Origin: Thermoanaerobaculia bacterium
GTDB lineage: Bacteria > Acidobacteriota > Thermoanaerobaculia > UBA5066
DNA length: 64,000 bases
Assembly (NCBI GenBank): GCA_963719225.1
Contig: CAVRAY010000001.1
Span: 1,440,001-1,504,000 of the forward strand
Direction: 5' to 3'
Part shown: positions 9,519-19,900 of the stretch, piece after piece
Layout of the letters: each line of letters opens with the position of its first letter
How positions within the stretch are numbered: the stretch's first letter is position 1
Notes under the pieces: model-generated
Told to the model about the DNA's origin: nothing
Databases searched by the model: none
The model's input: only the letters and a program-made list of their open reading frames with translations
Program-made: the position numbers and the translations under genes

Positions 9519-10453
9519 CCTTCGCGTCCGACGTGCGCCGGGGTCTCGGAGCGAGGCCCTACCGGCTGCCGCCGCACTGGTTCTACGACGAGCTGGGGTC
9601 GCGTCTCTTCGACGCCATCTGCCTGCTGCCGTGGTACCGCATCACGCGCGCCGAGCGAAGGCTCCTTCCCCGTGCCGCGCGCACGGTCGCGCACGGCGGC
9701 CCGCGGCCGGCGTTCGTCGCCGAGCTGGGGCCGGGCAACGGCGAGAAGCTGGCGCTGTTCCTCGAAAACCTCGGGGGCGCTCCACGAGTCTTCCTCGTCG
9801 ACATCTCGTCGGAAGCCCTCGTCGCGTCCACGGCGCGCCTCGCGAAGGCGGGGTGCCGCCGTGTCGCGACGGTCCGTGGGACCTACGAATCTGGCCTCGC
9901 GCGGATCGAGCGCGAGCGTCCCGGGCGCGGGCCCGCGCTCGTCCTCTTTCTCGGGTCGAACGTCGGAAACTTCGAGCCGTCGCGTTCCGCGCGCTTTCTC
10001 CGGGACGTGAGGTCCGCGCTCCGGCCGGGGGACGGCCTGCTCCTGGGAGCCGATCTCGTCAAGCCGGAGCAGGACCTCCTCCTCGCCTACGACGACCCGC
10101 TCGGCGTGACGGCCGCGTTCGACCTCAACGTTCTCGCGCGCATGAACCGCGAGCTGGGGGCGGACATCGATCTTGCGTCCTTTTCGCATCGCGCGGTCTG
10201 GAACACCGAAGAAGGGCGCATCGAGATGTTCCTCGTGAGCCGGCGCCCGCAGACGGTTCGGATTCCGGGGGCGCGCCTCGAGGTGCCGTTCCGCAAGGGC
10301 GAGACGATCTTCACGGAAGCTTCCTACAAGTACGTGGCGCGGGATCTCCGCGCGCGCGTGGAGGCCGAGGGGTTCGTGGCGCGCCGCCAGTTCGAAGACA
10401 AGGCCGCCGGGTACGCGCTCATGCTTTTCGAGGCCGCCGGCCGGTCCCGGTAG
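9515..10453 (+). CDS. egtD: L-histidine N-alpha-methyltransferase
   Basis: WFYDELGSRLF, ELGPG, FLGSNVGN, LLGADLVK, AYDDPLGVTAAF, IFTEASYKY; GTGA overlap with egtB. Confidence 0.9.
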   Translation: MTFASDVRRGLGARPYRLPPHWFYDELGSRLFDAICLLPWYRITRAERRLLPRAARTVAHGGPRPAFVAELGPGNGEKLALFLENLGGAPRVFLVDISSEALVASTARLAKAGCRRVATVRGTYESGLARIERERPGRGPALVLFLGSNVGNFEPSRSARFLRDVRSALRPGDGLLLGADLVKPEQDLLLAYDDPLGVTAAFDLNVLARMNRELGADIDLASFSHRAVWNTEEGRIEMFLVSRRPQTVRIPGARLEVPFRKGETIFTEASYKYVARDLRARVEAEGFVARRQFEDKAAGYALMLFEAAGRSR

Positions 10454-10483
10454 CGCGCCCCTCTGAGGTTATGCTCCCGCATC

Positions 10484-11704
10484 GTGCGTGAGCGGCTGAC
10501 CCGCGTTTTCAAGGCGTTCACGTATCGGGACTTCAGCCTCTTGTGGGCGGGCGCCTTCACGTCGAGCTGCGGGACGTGGATGCAGTCGGTCGCGCAGGCC
10601 TGGCTCCTCCTCACGATCTCCGGGAAGCCGCAGTACCTCGCGTGGGCCGACACGCTGCAGCAGGCGCCGTTCCTCGCCTTCTCGCTCGTCGGCGGCGTCC
10701 TCGCGGACCGGATGGACCGGCGGCGGATCCTCCTCCTGTCGCAGGTCGTCCAGCTCTCGTCCGCGTTCCTCCTCGCGGGGCTCGCCTACACGAATCGCGT
10801 CGAGGTCTGGATCATCCTCGCGCTGTGTCTCGTCGTCGGCCTCGCGCAATCCTTCGGGGGCCCGGCGTACCAGGCCCTCGTCCCGACTCTCGTCGACAGG
10901 GAGGACGTCCCGAACGCCGTCGCCCTGAACTCGATCCAGTTCAATCTCGCGCGCGTCGTCGGTCCCGTCCTCGCGGGCGCCGCGTTCGCGACCCTCGGCG
11001 CCGCCGCCTGCTTCGGCCTGAACGGCCTCTCGTTCTTCGCGGTGATCGTGGCGCTCCTCTTTCTCAAGCGCGGCGCTCCGATGGGGACCGCGACAGGGAG
11101 CGTCCTCGAGAATCTGAAAGCGGGCCTGAAGACCTCGTACGACGACCGCGCGCTGCGCGGGCTCATCGGGCTCTCGTTCGTCGGCAGCCTCTGCGCGTTC
11201 CCTCTCCTGACGTTCCTGCCCGTCTTCGCGAAAAACGTCTTCCAGGGGGACGTGAAGGTCTTCGCGACGTTCCTGGCGGTCTTCGGATTCGGGGCCGTGG
11301 TCGGAGCGCTCGGCGCCGCCGGCTTCGGGCACGTGAAACGCCGCGGCGCCGTCGCGGTCGCCATGCAGATGACGTTCGGCGCGCTCATGATCGGGTTCGC
11401 GCTCTCGCGCACGAAATGGATCTCCTTCGCGCTCCTCTTCCTCGCGGGGGCCGCCCTCATGATCGTCTTCGCGATGTTCATGACGCTCGTCCAGACGAAC
11501 GTGGACGACGCGCTGCGCGGACGCGTCGTGAGCGTCTACTCGCTCGCGTTCCGCGGCGCGATGCCGCTCGGCAGCCTCGTCGCGGGCTTTCTCGTGACGC
11601 TCGTGCCCGTCCCCTGGGTCCTCGTCGGAAACGGGACGCTCCTGCTGCTGCTCGGAAGCACTGTCTTTCTCAGAAACCACCCGGAGGGAGTTCCGAAGCT
11701 TTAG
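10484..11704 (+). CDS. MFS transporter (MFS_3/DHA3-like)
   Basis: ~12 TM helices, GVLADRMDRRR motif. Confidence 0.9.
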   Translation: MRERLTRVFKAFTYRDFSLLWAGAFTSSCGTWMQSVAQAWLLLTISGKPQYLAWADTLQQAPFLAFSLVGGVLADRMDRRRILLLSQVVQLSSAFLLAGLAYTNRVEVWIILALCLVVGLAQSFGGPAYQALVPTLVDREDVPNAVALNSIQFNLARVVGPVLAGAAFATLGAAACFGLNGLSFFAVIVALLFLKRGAPMGTATGSVLENLKAGLKTSYDDRALRGLIGLSFVGSLCAFPLLTFLPVFAKNVFQGDVKVFATFLAVFGFGAVVGALGAAGFGHVKRRGAVAVAMQMTFGALMIGFALSRTKWISFALLFLAGAALMIVFAMFMTLVQTNVDDALRGRVVSVYSLAFRGAMPLGSLVAGFLVTLVPVPWVLVGNGTLLLLLGSTVFLRNHPEGVPKL

Positions 11705-11749
11705 CTCGGGCGAAACCCTTCCAGCGTTTCCCCCGGACCCCCTTCGGGG

Positions 11750-12481
11750 TCATGTGCCCGCCCACGTCCTCCAGTCGCTCGTCTCCATCTCGAGCGTGAC
11801 CGCGCGCTTGCCGCGGTTCATGTTGAGGAAGATCTTCTTCGGCACCCAGACGGCCGGCACGTCGGGCCTCACCTGCGGGAGCGCCTCGAACGTGGCCCTC
11901 AGGAACGCGATGTCCACGATGCGCGGGTCGACCGTCGTCTTGACCTCGATCTCGCTCGCGACCTTCGTCAGCGGGTCGAGGTAGAGGACGGCGTCGTCCT
12001 GGGGCCTGCCCAGGCCGCGCCCGTGCAGCCGCACCTTGCCCGCGCGGTCGGGGTCCGGCGGCATCAGCTCGGCCCTTTCGGCCCACGCCTCGACCCGCTC
12101 CGGGGAGAGGCGCGCGTAGAACTGCATGAGGGACTGGGCCTGCTCGAAGAGGGTGTCTTCTTCGGTATTCGTGGGAGGAGAGGCACGCCGCGCGCGCGGG
12201 TCGTGCTCCGGAAGCGGAGTCGGAGCCGGCGCCTTGTCGAACTTGACGATCTTCTTGACGAGATCGCCGTTCGGGCCCAGGTGGACGTTCTCGATCCGCG
12301 AGACGCGCAGGACGCCGTCGATCTTCATTTCGGTCTTGAGCCGCCACTGGTAGTTCGCGAGGCGCTCGCGCTCGCGCTTCAGGCCCTTGCCGACTTCCGG
12401 CTTGGACGGCGTGGGGGCTTGCGCGACGAGTGGGAAAGCGGTCAGAGTGACGGCGAGCCCGAGAAGAAGAGGACGTCTCAC
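11750..12481 (-). CDS. Secreted hypothetical protein
   Basis: Signal-like N-terminus RRPLLLGLAVTLTAFPLVAQ; beta-rich body; GTG start inferred. Confidence 0.6.
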   Translation of the reverse strand: MRRPLLLGLAVTLTAFPLVAQAPTPSKPEVGKGLKRERERLANYQWRLKTEMKIDGVLRVSRIENVHLGPNGDLVKKIVKFDKAPAPTPLPEHDPRARRASPPTNTEEDTLFEQAQSLMQFYARLSPERVEAWAERAELMPPDPDRAGKVRLHGRGLGRPQDDAVLYLDPLTKVASEIEVKTTVDPRIVDIAFLRATFEALPQVRPDVPAVWVPKKIFLNMNRGKRAVTLEMETSDWRTWAGT

Positions 12482-12521
12482 GGAGGGAATCGTGCCACAC
12501 ACGGACAGCCCGCACGGTGCG

Positions 12522-13640
12522 ATGAAATTCGAAACGCTCGCGGTGCACGCGGGGCGCCGTCCCGAGCCCGCCACGGGCGCGGTTTCACCGCCCCTGTACC
12601 TCTCCACGACGTTCGAACGCGACGTGGCGGGAACACCTCTCGGCAGCCACACGTACATCCGGGAGTCGAACCCCATGCAGACGCTCCTCGAGGATGCCGT
12701 CGCGCCTCTCGAGGGCGGCAGAGGCGCGCTCGCGTTCGCGTCGGGCATGGCGGCGGGCGTTTCGCTTCTGCAGACGCTTCCGGCCGGCGCGCACGTCCTG
12801 ATGCCGGACGACGCCTACTACGGCTGGCGCGTCGTCGCCCAGGAGTTCCTCCCGCAGTGGGGGCTCTCGGCGTCTTTCTGCCCGATGGACGACCTCGCCG
12901 CCGTGAAGGGTGCGCTGACGCCGGAAACCCGCCTCGTCTTCGTCGAGTCGCCTTCCAATCCGCTCCTGAGAATCTCGGACATCGCGGCGATCGCGGAGGC
13001 CGCGCGGGCCGCCGGGGCACGAACCGTCGTGGACAACACGTTCGCGACGCCTGCCCTCCAGCGGCCGCTCGACCTCGGAGCCGACGTGGCCCACCATTCC
13101 GTGACGAAGTACTTCGGCGGCCACAGCGACGTGCAGGGCGGCGTCCTCGTCTTCAAGCGCCGTGACGAGACTTTCGAGAAAGCCGCCCACGTCCGCCACA
13201 TCCTGGGCGCGGTCCTCGCGCCGTTCAACGCGTGGCTCGTCCTGCGCGGGCTGCGCTCGCTCGCAGTCCGGGTCGCCGCGCACAGCGCGAACGCGCTCGC
13301 GGTCGCGCGCTCTCTCGAGAAGCACCCGGCGGTGTCGCGCGTGAACTACCCGGGGCTGCCGTCGCACCCGGGGCATGCCGTCGCCGCGCGGCAGATGTCG
13401 GCCTTCGGCGGGATGCTGTCCTTCCACGTCAGAGGCGGCCGCGACGCGGCGATCGCCGCCGTGGGCCGGACGAAGCTCTTCGTGCGCGCGACCTCGCTCG
13501 GGGCCGTCGAAAGCCTGATCGAGCACCGCGCCACGAGCGAAGGCCCGACCTCGACCACGCCCCAGGACCTCATCCGGCTCTCGGTCGGCCTCGAGCACCC
13601 GGACGACCTGATCGCGGACCTCGATCAGGCGCTGTGCTAG
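12522..13640 (+). CDS. PLP-dependent transsulfuration enzyme (cystathionine gamma-synthase/lyase family)
   Basis: FASGMAA, ESPSNP, VDNTFATP, HSVTKYFGGHSD, SLGAVESL, IRLSVGLE. Confidence 0.93.
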   Translation: MKFETLAVHAGRRPEPATGAVSPPLYLSTTFERDVAGTPLGSHTYIRESNPMQTLLEDAVAPLEGGRGALAFASGMAAGVSLLQTLPAGAHVLMPDDAYYGWRVVAQEFLPQWGLSASFCPMDDLAAVKGALTPETRLVFVESPSNPLLRISDIAAIAEAARAAGARTVVDNTFATPALQRPLDLGADVAHHSVTKYFGGHSDVQGGVLVFKRRDETFEKAAHVRHILGAVLAPFNAWLVLRGLRSLAVRVAAHSANALAVARSLEKHPAVSRVNYPGLPSHPGHAVAARQMSAFGGMLSFHVRGGRDAAIAAVGRTKLFVRATSLGAVESLIEHRATSEGPTSTTPQDLIRLSVGLEHPDDLIADLDQALC

Positions 13641-14176
13641 AAGCGCTCCGCCGAGAGGAGGTTTTTCAGAGGCTTCTGAAGGCGCCGAGGCAGCTCGAGA
13701 GAGCGTCCCTCGATCGTCTTGCGGAGTCGCGGCCCGTCGGGTCCCGAGAGGAGCAGGCGGGCGTCGATCAGATCGATGGGGCCGCCCGCGTCCAACTTCA
13801 GCAGGACGAGATCCGCCGCCGTCACCACCTGAAGCGACTCACCTGAAAGTTCGACGGGTTGGCGTCTCGCCAGTACACCGTCGAGCCAACGCTCGCGCCC
13901 CAGGACGAGGTCCACCGGTGGCTCCGGTTCGCGCCGGAAACGGACCACGCCGGCCAGGGGGTCCTCCGAATCGCCCCGGTTTACCGAAACGCTCACGCCG
14001 TCGGCTTCGAGCGGTTTCCACATCGCGGGGTCCAGGAGAACCAGATCAGTCGCGAGAAGATCGGCGTCCTTGGTCGCGCGGACAATTCCGTGGGCCGCGA
14101 GCGCGACGCCTCCAATGAGCGCGACAGGAACGGACCGGCCTTCGACGATTTCGAAGACTCTTCGAAGGAGACTCAT
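13637..14176 (-). CDS. Nucleotidyltransferase (AbiEii/DUF6036-like)
   Basis: LIGGVALAAHGIVRATKDAD, DLVLLKL...D..D motifs. Confidence 0.75.
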   Translation of the reverse strand: MSLLRRVFEIVEGRSVPVALIGGVALAAHGIVRATKDADLLATDLVLLDPAMWKPLEADGVSVSVNRGDSEDPLAGVVRFRREPEPPVDLVLGRERWLDGVLARRQPVELSGESLQVVTAADLVLLKLDAGGPIDLIDARLLLSGPDGPRLRKTIEGRSLELPRRLQKPLKNLLSAERF

Positions 14177-14403
14177 CCCCTGGGAAGGTCCATGACACGG
14201 GAGGGGCGGCGCCCGCGATGCGTCTGGCGGCGGACCAGGTCTTCGGCCTCGGCCCGGGTCGTGCCTCGCGGCAGGGTCCGGAGGTACATCTCGAAGAGGC
14301 TGGCGCCAAGGGCAAACGCAGTCCGAACACGCTCATCGGGCGTTCCCCGAAAGTGCTTTTCCACCTCTGCCTCGAGATCGCGCCGAAAAGTGGCCGTCGC
14401 CAT
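14173..14403 (-). CDS. Small partner protein of the nucleotidyltransferase (putative antitoxin)
   Basis: 76 aa (MATATFRR...TPDERVRTAFALG); ATGA overlap with NTase; TAAGAT -10 box 7 nt upstream. Confidence 0.55.
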   Translation of the reverse strand: MATATFRRDLEAEVEKHFRGTPDERVRTAFALGASLFEMYLRTLPRGTTRAEAEDLVRRQTHRGRRPSRVMDLPRG

Positions 14404-14452
14404 GGCGAGAATCTTACGCGTCCGCTTGCCGGATCGCGCCTCCCCGTGCACC

Positions 14453-16879
14453 ATGAGCGTCCTCGTGCCCGCCTTCCGCGAAAACGACAAGCTCTTCCAC
14501 AAGTTCAACCCCGACCTCGGGCCGGGACGCGTCGAGAAGGTGGACGGGCGTCGCATCGTCGTGTTCTTCCCGGCGGCCGAGACCCGCCTGACGCTCGCGG
14601 CCGACGACACGGCGCTGCGTCCGCTGCCTCTCGGCACCGGGCAGAAGGCGCGGCTCGAAGGCGAGGAGGGCGAAGTTCTGGTGTCCGCGATCGACGCGTC
14701 CGGCGTGCGCCTTTCGGACGGGCGCACGGTGGAGCCGGCGCTCCTGTGGCCGGTCGCGCCGCCGGACGATCCCGTCGAGCGGCTCGCGGCGCTCCAGACG
14801 GATCGCGCGGCCGCGTTCCGGAATCGGCTCGACGGCGTGCTTCTCGCCGAGACGCGGCAGGCGGCCGGGCTGGGCTCCTTCCTCGGCGGACGCATCGCGC
14901 TCTATCCGCACCAGCTCCACGTCGCCGAGCGCGCCGCGGCTTCCGATCCCGTCCGCTGGCTGCTCGCCGACGAAGTGGGCCTCGGCAAGACCATCGAAGC
15001 GTGCCTGATCCTTTCGCGCCTCCTGCGCGCGGACCGGGCCGATCGGGCCCTGGTCATTGCGCCCGCGACGCTCACGGTCCAGTGGCTCGGAGAGCTCTAT
15101 CGCAAGTTCCACCAGACGTTCGTCCTCCTCGACCGCAAGAGGCGCGAGGACGTCGTGAAAGAGCACGGCGAAGGCTTCAACCCCTTCGAAGCTCACCGCC
15201 ACGCGATCATCGCCCTCGAGGAGCTGGTGACGGACCCGCGGCTCTCCCCGCAGGCGGAGGCGGCCGGGTTCGAGCTTCTCGTCGTGGACGAAGCGCACCG
15301 CCTCGAACGCGCGCGGGGCGACGCCGGGAACGACGCGTACCGGGCGGTCGCGCCGCTCGCCCGCGCCGCGCGACACGTGCTGCTGCTCTCCGCGGCTCCG
15401 CTGGAGGCCGACACGCACGGCTTCTTCCGCCTGCTCGAGCTCCTCCGGCCGGACGCGTACACGTCCGAAGAGGAATTCCTCGCCGCTCTCGAACGCGGCG
15501 AGCCGCTGCCGCCGTGCACGAGCGCGACGCGGCGCGTGGACGTCGGCGGTTTCCAGCCTCGGGTGGCGGCGCCCGTCGACCTCGAGAGCGAGCTTCCCGG
15601 CGGCCTGACGGGCGACCTGAAAGACGGCGATCCGCGCGTCGCGTGGCTCTCGGAGCGGGACGAGGAATGGCGCGAGGCGGGGACCGCCAAGACGCTCGTC
15701 TTCGTCCACGAGCGCGAGACACTCTCGGCCCTCAAGGAGAGGCTCGAGTCCGCCACCCGCAAGCGCGTCGCGATTTTTCACGAGGAGCTCACCCCGGAGC
15801 GCGGCGACGTCGAAGTGGCCGAGTTCCGGCGGCCGGACGGCCCGTCCCTCCTGATCTCGACGGAAGCCGGCGGCGAGGGCCGCAACTTCGAGTTCTGCCG
15901 CCGGCTCGTCCTCTTCGACCTCCCGCGCGATCCGGCCGCCGTGGAGCAGCGTATCGGCCGCCTCGACCGGATCAACCGGACGACACCGGTGGAGATCGTC
16001 TACTTCCGTCCTCCGAGCGGTTTCGAGCGGGAGATCGCGGACCTCTACGAGCGCATCGGCCTCTTCACGTCGCCGCTCGGCGGCCTCGAACGCTCGCTCG
16101 CCGACGTCGAAGCCGCGATCCTGAAAGCCGAGCGGTTCGCCAGGGCCGGACAAGCTCTTCCGATCGACGCCCTGGCGGCCGAGGTGCGCGGCGCGGCCGA
16201 CGCGCGGCAGCGGGCCGTCTATCACCATCTCCACCAGGACGGTTACACGGTGGAACTCGCGCCGGAAATCCTCGCGCGCGTGCCGGCCGACCTCGACGCG
16301 CGGATGGAGCGCTTCGTCCTCGACGCCGCGGACCTCTACGGCTTCGAGACGCAGGAGCGCGCGGGGAAGCGCACGTGGTACGTGGAGTTCGGCGCGGACG
16401 CGCTCGTCGAGCACCTGCCCGGTGTGCCCGGAGGAACGCGATGGCTCGGAACGTTCGACCGCGGCGAGGCGGTGCTGAAGGAGGATCTCGACTTCTTCGC
16501 CTCGGGCCATGCGCTCGTGGAGGGGATCTTTCGCGAGCTTCAGGACGGCGCGAGCGGGCGCGTGGGCCTTCTCCTTCTCGACGAGGCGCACGCCACCGGA
16601 GCGGGCCTCCTTTTCGTCCTTCGGCACGGCGCGGGCGTCGAGGCGGTCGCCGTCGGATTCGACGGCTCGCCGCGTCCCGAATGGGCCGACCTGATCCTGA
16701 GGCGGCGCGCCGAAGCGCGCGGTCTGCGGCCGGAGGACTGGCTGGGCATCCTGAAGAAGGCCGCGGGCGGCCGAATTCCCGACTGGGGATCGCTCGTCCG
16801 CCGCCTCTCCCGCCGTGCCCTCGGAGCGCGAAAAGGCCGCCGGCTCGAGGCCGTCGCGGCATTCCGCCTCAAACGGTAG
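14453..16879 (+). CDS. rapA: SNF2-family helicase, RapA/HepA-like
   Basis: DLGPG N-terminal domain, LYPHQL, LADEVGLGKT, VVDEAH, STEAGGEGRNF, EQRIGRLDR, FFASGH. Confidence 0.8.
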   Translation: MSVLVPAFRENDKLFHKFNPDLGPGRVEKVDGRRIVVFFPAAETRLTLAADDTALRPLPLGTGQKARLEGEEGEVLVSAIDASGVRLSDGRTVEPALLWPVAPPDDPVERLAALQTDRAAAFRNRLDGVLLAETRQAAGLGSFLGGRIALYPHQLHVAERAAASDPVRWLLADEVGLGKTIEACLILSRLLRADRADRALVIAPATLTVQWLGELYRKFHQTFVLLDRKRREDVVKEHGEGFNPFEAHRHAIIALEELVTDPRLSPQAEAAGFELLVVDEAHRLERARGDAGNDAYRAVAPLARAARHVLLLSAAPLEADTHGFFRLLELLRPDAYTSEEEFLAALERGEPLPPCTSATRRVDVGGFQPRVAAPVDLESELPGGLTGDLKDGDPRVAWLSERDEEWREAGTAKTLVFVHERETLSALKERLESATRKRVAIFHEELTPERGDVEVAEFRRPDGPSLLISTEAGGEGRNFEFCRRLVLFDLPRDPAAVEQRIGRLDRINRTTPVEIVYFRPPSGFEREIADLYERIGLFTSPLGGLERSLADVEAAILKAERFARAGQALPIDALAAEVRGAADARQRAVYHHLHQDGYTVELAPEILARVPADLDARMERFVLDAADLYGFETQERAGKRTWYVEFGADALVEHLPGVPGGTRWLGTFDRGEAVLKEDLDFFASGHALVEGIFRELQDGASGRVGLLLLDEAHATGAGLLFVLRHGAGVEAVAVGFDGSPRPEWADLILRRRAEARGLRPEDWLGILKKAAGGRIPDWGSLVRRLSRRALGARKGRRLEAVAAFRLKR

Positions 16880-16937
16880 AAGTTTGCCGGCCGGGAACCT
16901 TCCCGCGTCCCCGGGGTCATAGACTCGCGGAGGAATC

Positions 16938-19900
16938 ATGAAGATCGCTCCCCGGCGCCTCTCGTTCTTCGGCCTCGGCGCAGCGGCTCTCGCGGCCGCC
17001 GGCGCGATCGCTCTGGCCCGTCCGTTCTCCGAAGGCGCCCGCGCGACCGGGGGCGCCGCCACGTGGAAGGAAGTCGAGCGCCTCGTCTCGGAGCAGAAGC
17101 TCGAGGAGGCCTCGCAGCGCGTCGCGAAGATCCGCGAGGCGGCCCGGGCGGCCGGCGACGAGGAGAACGAGGCGAAGGCTCTCGTCCGCGAGGTCCAGCT
17201 CCGCACCGCGCTGCACGGGTACGAGACGTCGGTCCGCTTTCTCAAGGACCAGCCGTGGCCGAAAGGCCTCCTGCCGCGAACGGCGCTCCGCCTCTTCTAC
17301 GCCCAGTCCCTCGTGACGTACTCCCGCGCCTATGCGTGGGAGATCGGCCAGCGCGAAAAGGTCGCGTCGACCGGCGCGGTCGACCTCAAGGCGTGGACGC
17401 GCGAGGAAATCGTGTCCGAGGCCGTCCGCACCTACGTGGAGGTCTTCCGCGATCGGGAGAGCCTCGGAAACGCCAAGGTCGCCGCGCTCGACGAATACCT
17501 CGTGCCGAACAGCTATCCGAAGGGAATTCGCGACACGCTGCGGGATGCCACGGCGTACCTCTTCGTCGCCCTCCTTTCCGATTCGACTTTCTGGCGGCCC
17601 GAGCAATCGAACGGAGTCTTCGCGCTCGATCGCGAGTCGCTCGTCGCAGGCGATCCGTCCGCCTCGCGGCTCGTGGCGCTCGAGAACCCCGCGGTCCATC
17701 CGCTCGTCAAGCTCGGCGCCGTCCTCGACGACCTCGAGTCGTGGCACGCGGGACGCGGCGAGCGCGAGGCCGCGCTCGAGGCACGGCTCGAGCGCGTCCG
17801 GCGCCTACACACGGCGCTGACGGACGCCTCCGACCGCTCGCTCATCCGGCGCGATCTCGGCCGGCGGCTCGTCGACGTCGCGGACGTGCCCTGGTGGGCG
17901 ATGGGAAAGGCCGAGCTCGCGGAGCTCGTGAAGGCCGAGGACAAGCCGGGCAACTTCGTCAAGGCGCGCTCCCTCGCTCTCGAGGGAGCCAAGAAATATC
18001 CGCGGTCCACGGGAGGCGAGCGCTGCCGCGCGATCGTGGGCGAGATCGAGCAGCCGGACTACCGGCTCCTCGCAATGGCGGCGGACGGCCCGGGCCGGCG
18101 CTCGATCGAGGTGACCCACCGCAACCTCGCCGCCCTCCATTTCCGCGCGTACGCCGTCGACCTCGAAGACCGGCTCGGCCGCGCGCGGGATTACAACCTC
18201 CTGCCCCAGGGCAAGGAGCTGGACGCCCTCGTCGCGAAAGCGTCCCCTTCGGCGGCGTTCCACGCCGATCTGCCCGCCACGCCGGATTTCAGGCTGCACC
18301 GCACGTTCGTGACGCCGCCGGCGCTCTCGCGCGGGTTCTACGTGATCGTGGCGTCTCCCAGGGCCGACTTCTCGACCGGGCAGAACCCGCTGCGCGCGGT
18401 CGGCACGCTCGTGACGGATCTCGTCCTGGACATCCGCCAGACGGACGACGGCGGCGTCGAGGCGCGCGCCGTCTCCGGGACGACGGGCCGACCCGCGGGG
18501 GGCGCTGCCGTCGCGCTCTGGCGCTACGACTGGCAATCCGGGCATACGCGCGTCGCGACGGCCCACACCTCCGCGGAAGGCCTCGCGGTCTTCAGCCCGG
18601 CCGCCGACCGGAACGGCAAATCGCACTTCCTCTTCGCGCGGCGCGGCGACGACCTCGCGCTCGACCCGACCTTCCTCGGCTTCTGGAGCCGGTCGGCGCC
18701 CACGGAGACGTCCTCGGCCCTCGTCTACACGGACCGCAGCATCTACCGGCCGCTCCAGAAGGTGCTCTGGAAGGCGGTCGTCTTCAGCGGCCGAGCCGAC
18801 CTCGCGCGATGGCGCGTCGTGCCGCAGACGCCGGTGACGCTGACGCTCGTAGACGCGAACGGGCAGGCCGTGGAGTCCAAGACCATCTCGTCGAACGCGT
18901 ACGGCTCGGCGGCGGGGGAGTTCACGATTCCCGCCGGGCGCGCGCTCGGCGCCTGGAGCCTGCGGTGCGCGACCGGAGGCGCGGCGGCCTCGATCCGCGT
19001 GGAGGAGTACAAGCGGCCGACGTTCGAGACGACGCTCGACGTCCCGAAGGACCCGCTGCGCCTCAACCGCCCGGCGACGTTCCGCGGCGGATCGAAATAC
19101 TACTTCGGGCTGCCCGTCACGAACGGAAGCGTGGCCTGGCGCGTGACGCGCGAGGCCGAATATCCCTGGTGGTGGTGGGGCTGGTGGGGAGGCTCGCGTC
19201 CGGCAGGCGCCGAAACCGTCGCGACCGGCAAGGCGTCGCTCGCCCAGGACGGGACCTTCGCCGTCACGTTCACGCCGAAAGCGGACGAGCGCGCCGGCAA
19301 GGACGTGACGTATCGCTATCGCCTCTCGGCGGACGTGACCGACGAGGGCGGCGAGACGCGCTCGGCCGATCGCTCGTTCCGCCTCGGGTTCGTGAGCGTG
19401 AGAGCAAGAGTAGAGAGAGAGAAGAATTTTTTCTTGGAAGGGAAGAGGGGCGAGGGCACGATCGTCAGGACCGATCTGGACGGAGCGCCTCGTCCGGGCA
19501 AGGGAAGCTGGCGGCTGCTCCGCCTCGTGTCGCCCGAGAAGACCCTGCTCCCGGCCGAATTCCCTTCCAAGAAATCCGAAATCGCCGATGGGCCTGGAGA
19601 GGCTGGCGCCGCCCAGAACGCAGCGGACCCTGCGAGAGGGAGCAAAGAATTTCTGACTCCCGGCGATCTGCTCCGCCCGCGCTGGTCGACCGAGTATTCC
19701 GTCGACCAGTGGCTGCGCGCGTGGAAGGACGGAGCCCAGGCGGCGTCCGGTGCCTTGACGCACGACGCGAAGGGCGAGGCGAAGCTCGAGCTGCCGGGCC
19801 TGCCCGCGGGCGCCTACCGGCTGCGCTACGCGACGGTCGACGACTTCGGTGCGCCGTACGAGATGGCCCAGGACTTTCTCGTCGCGGGCTCGAGCGCGGC

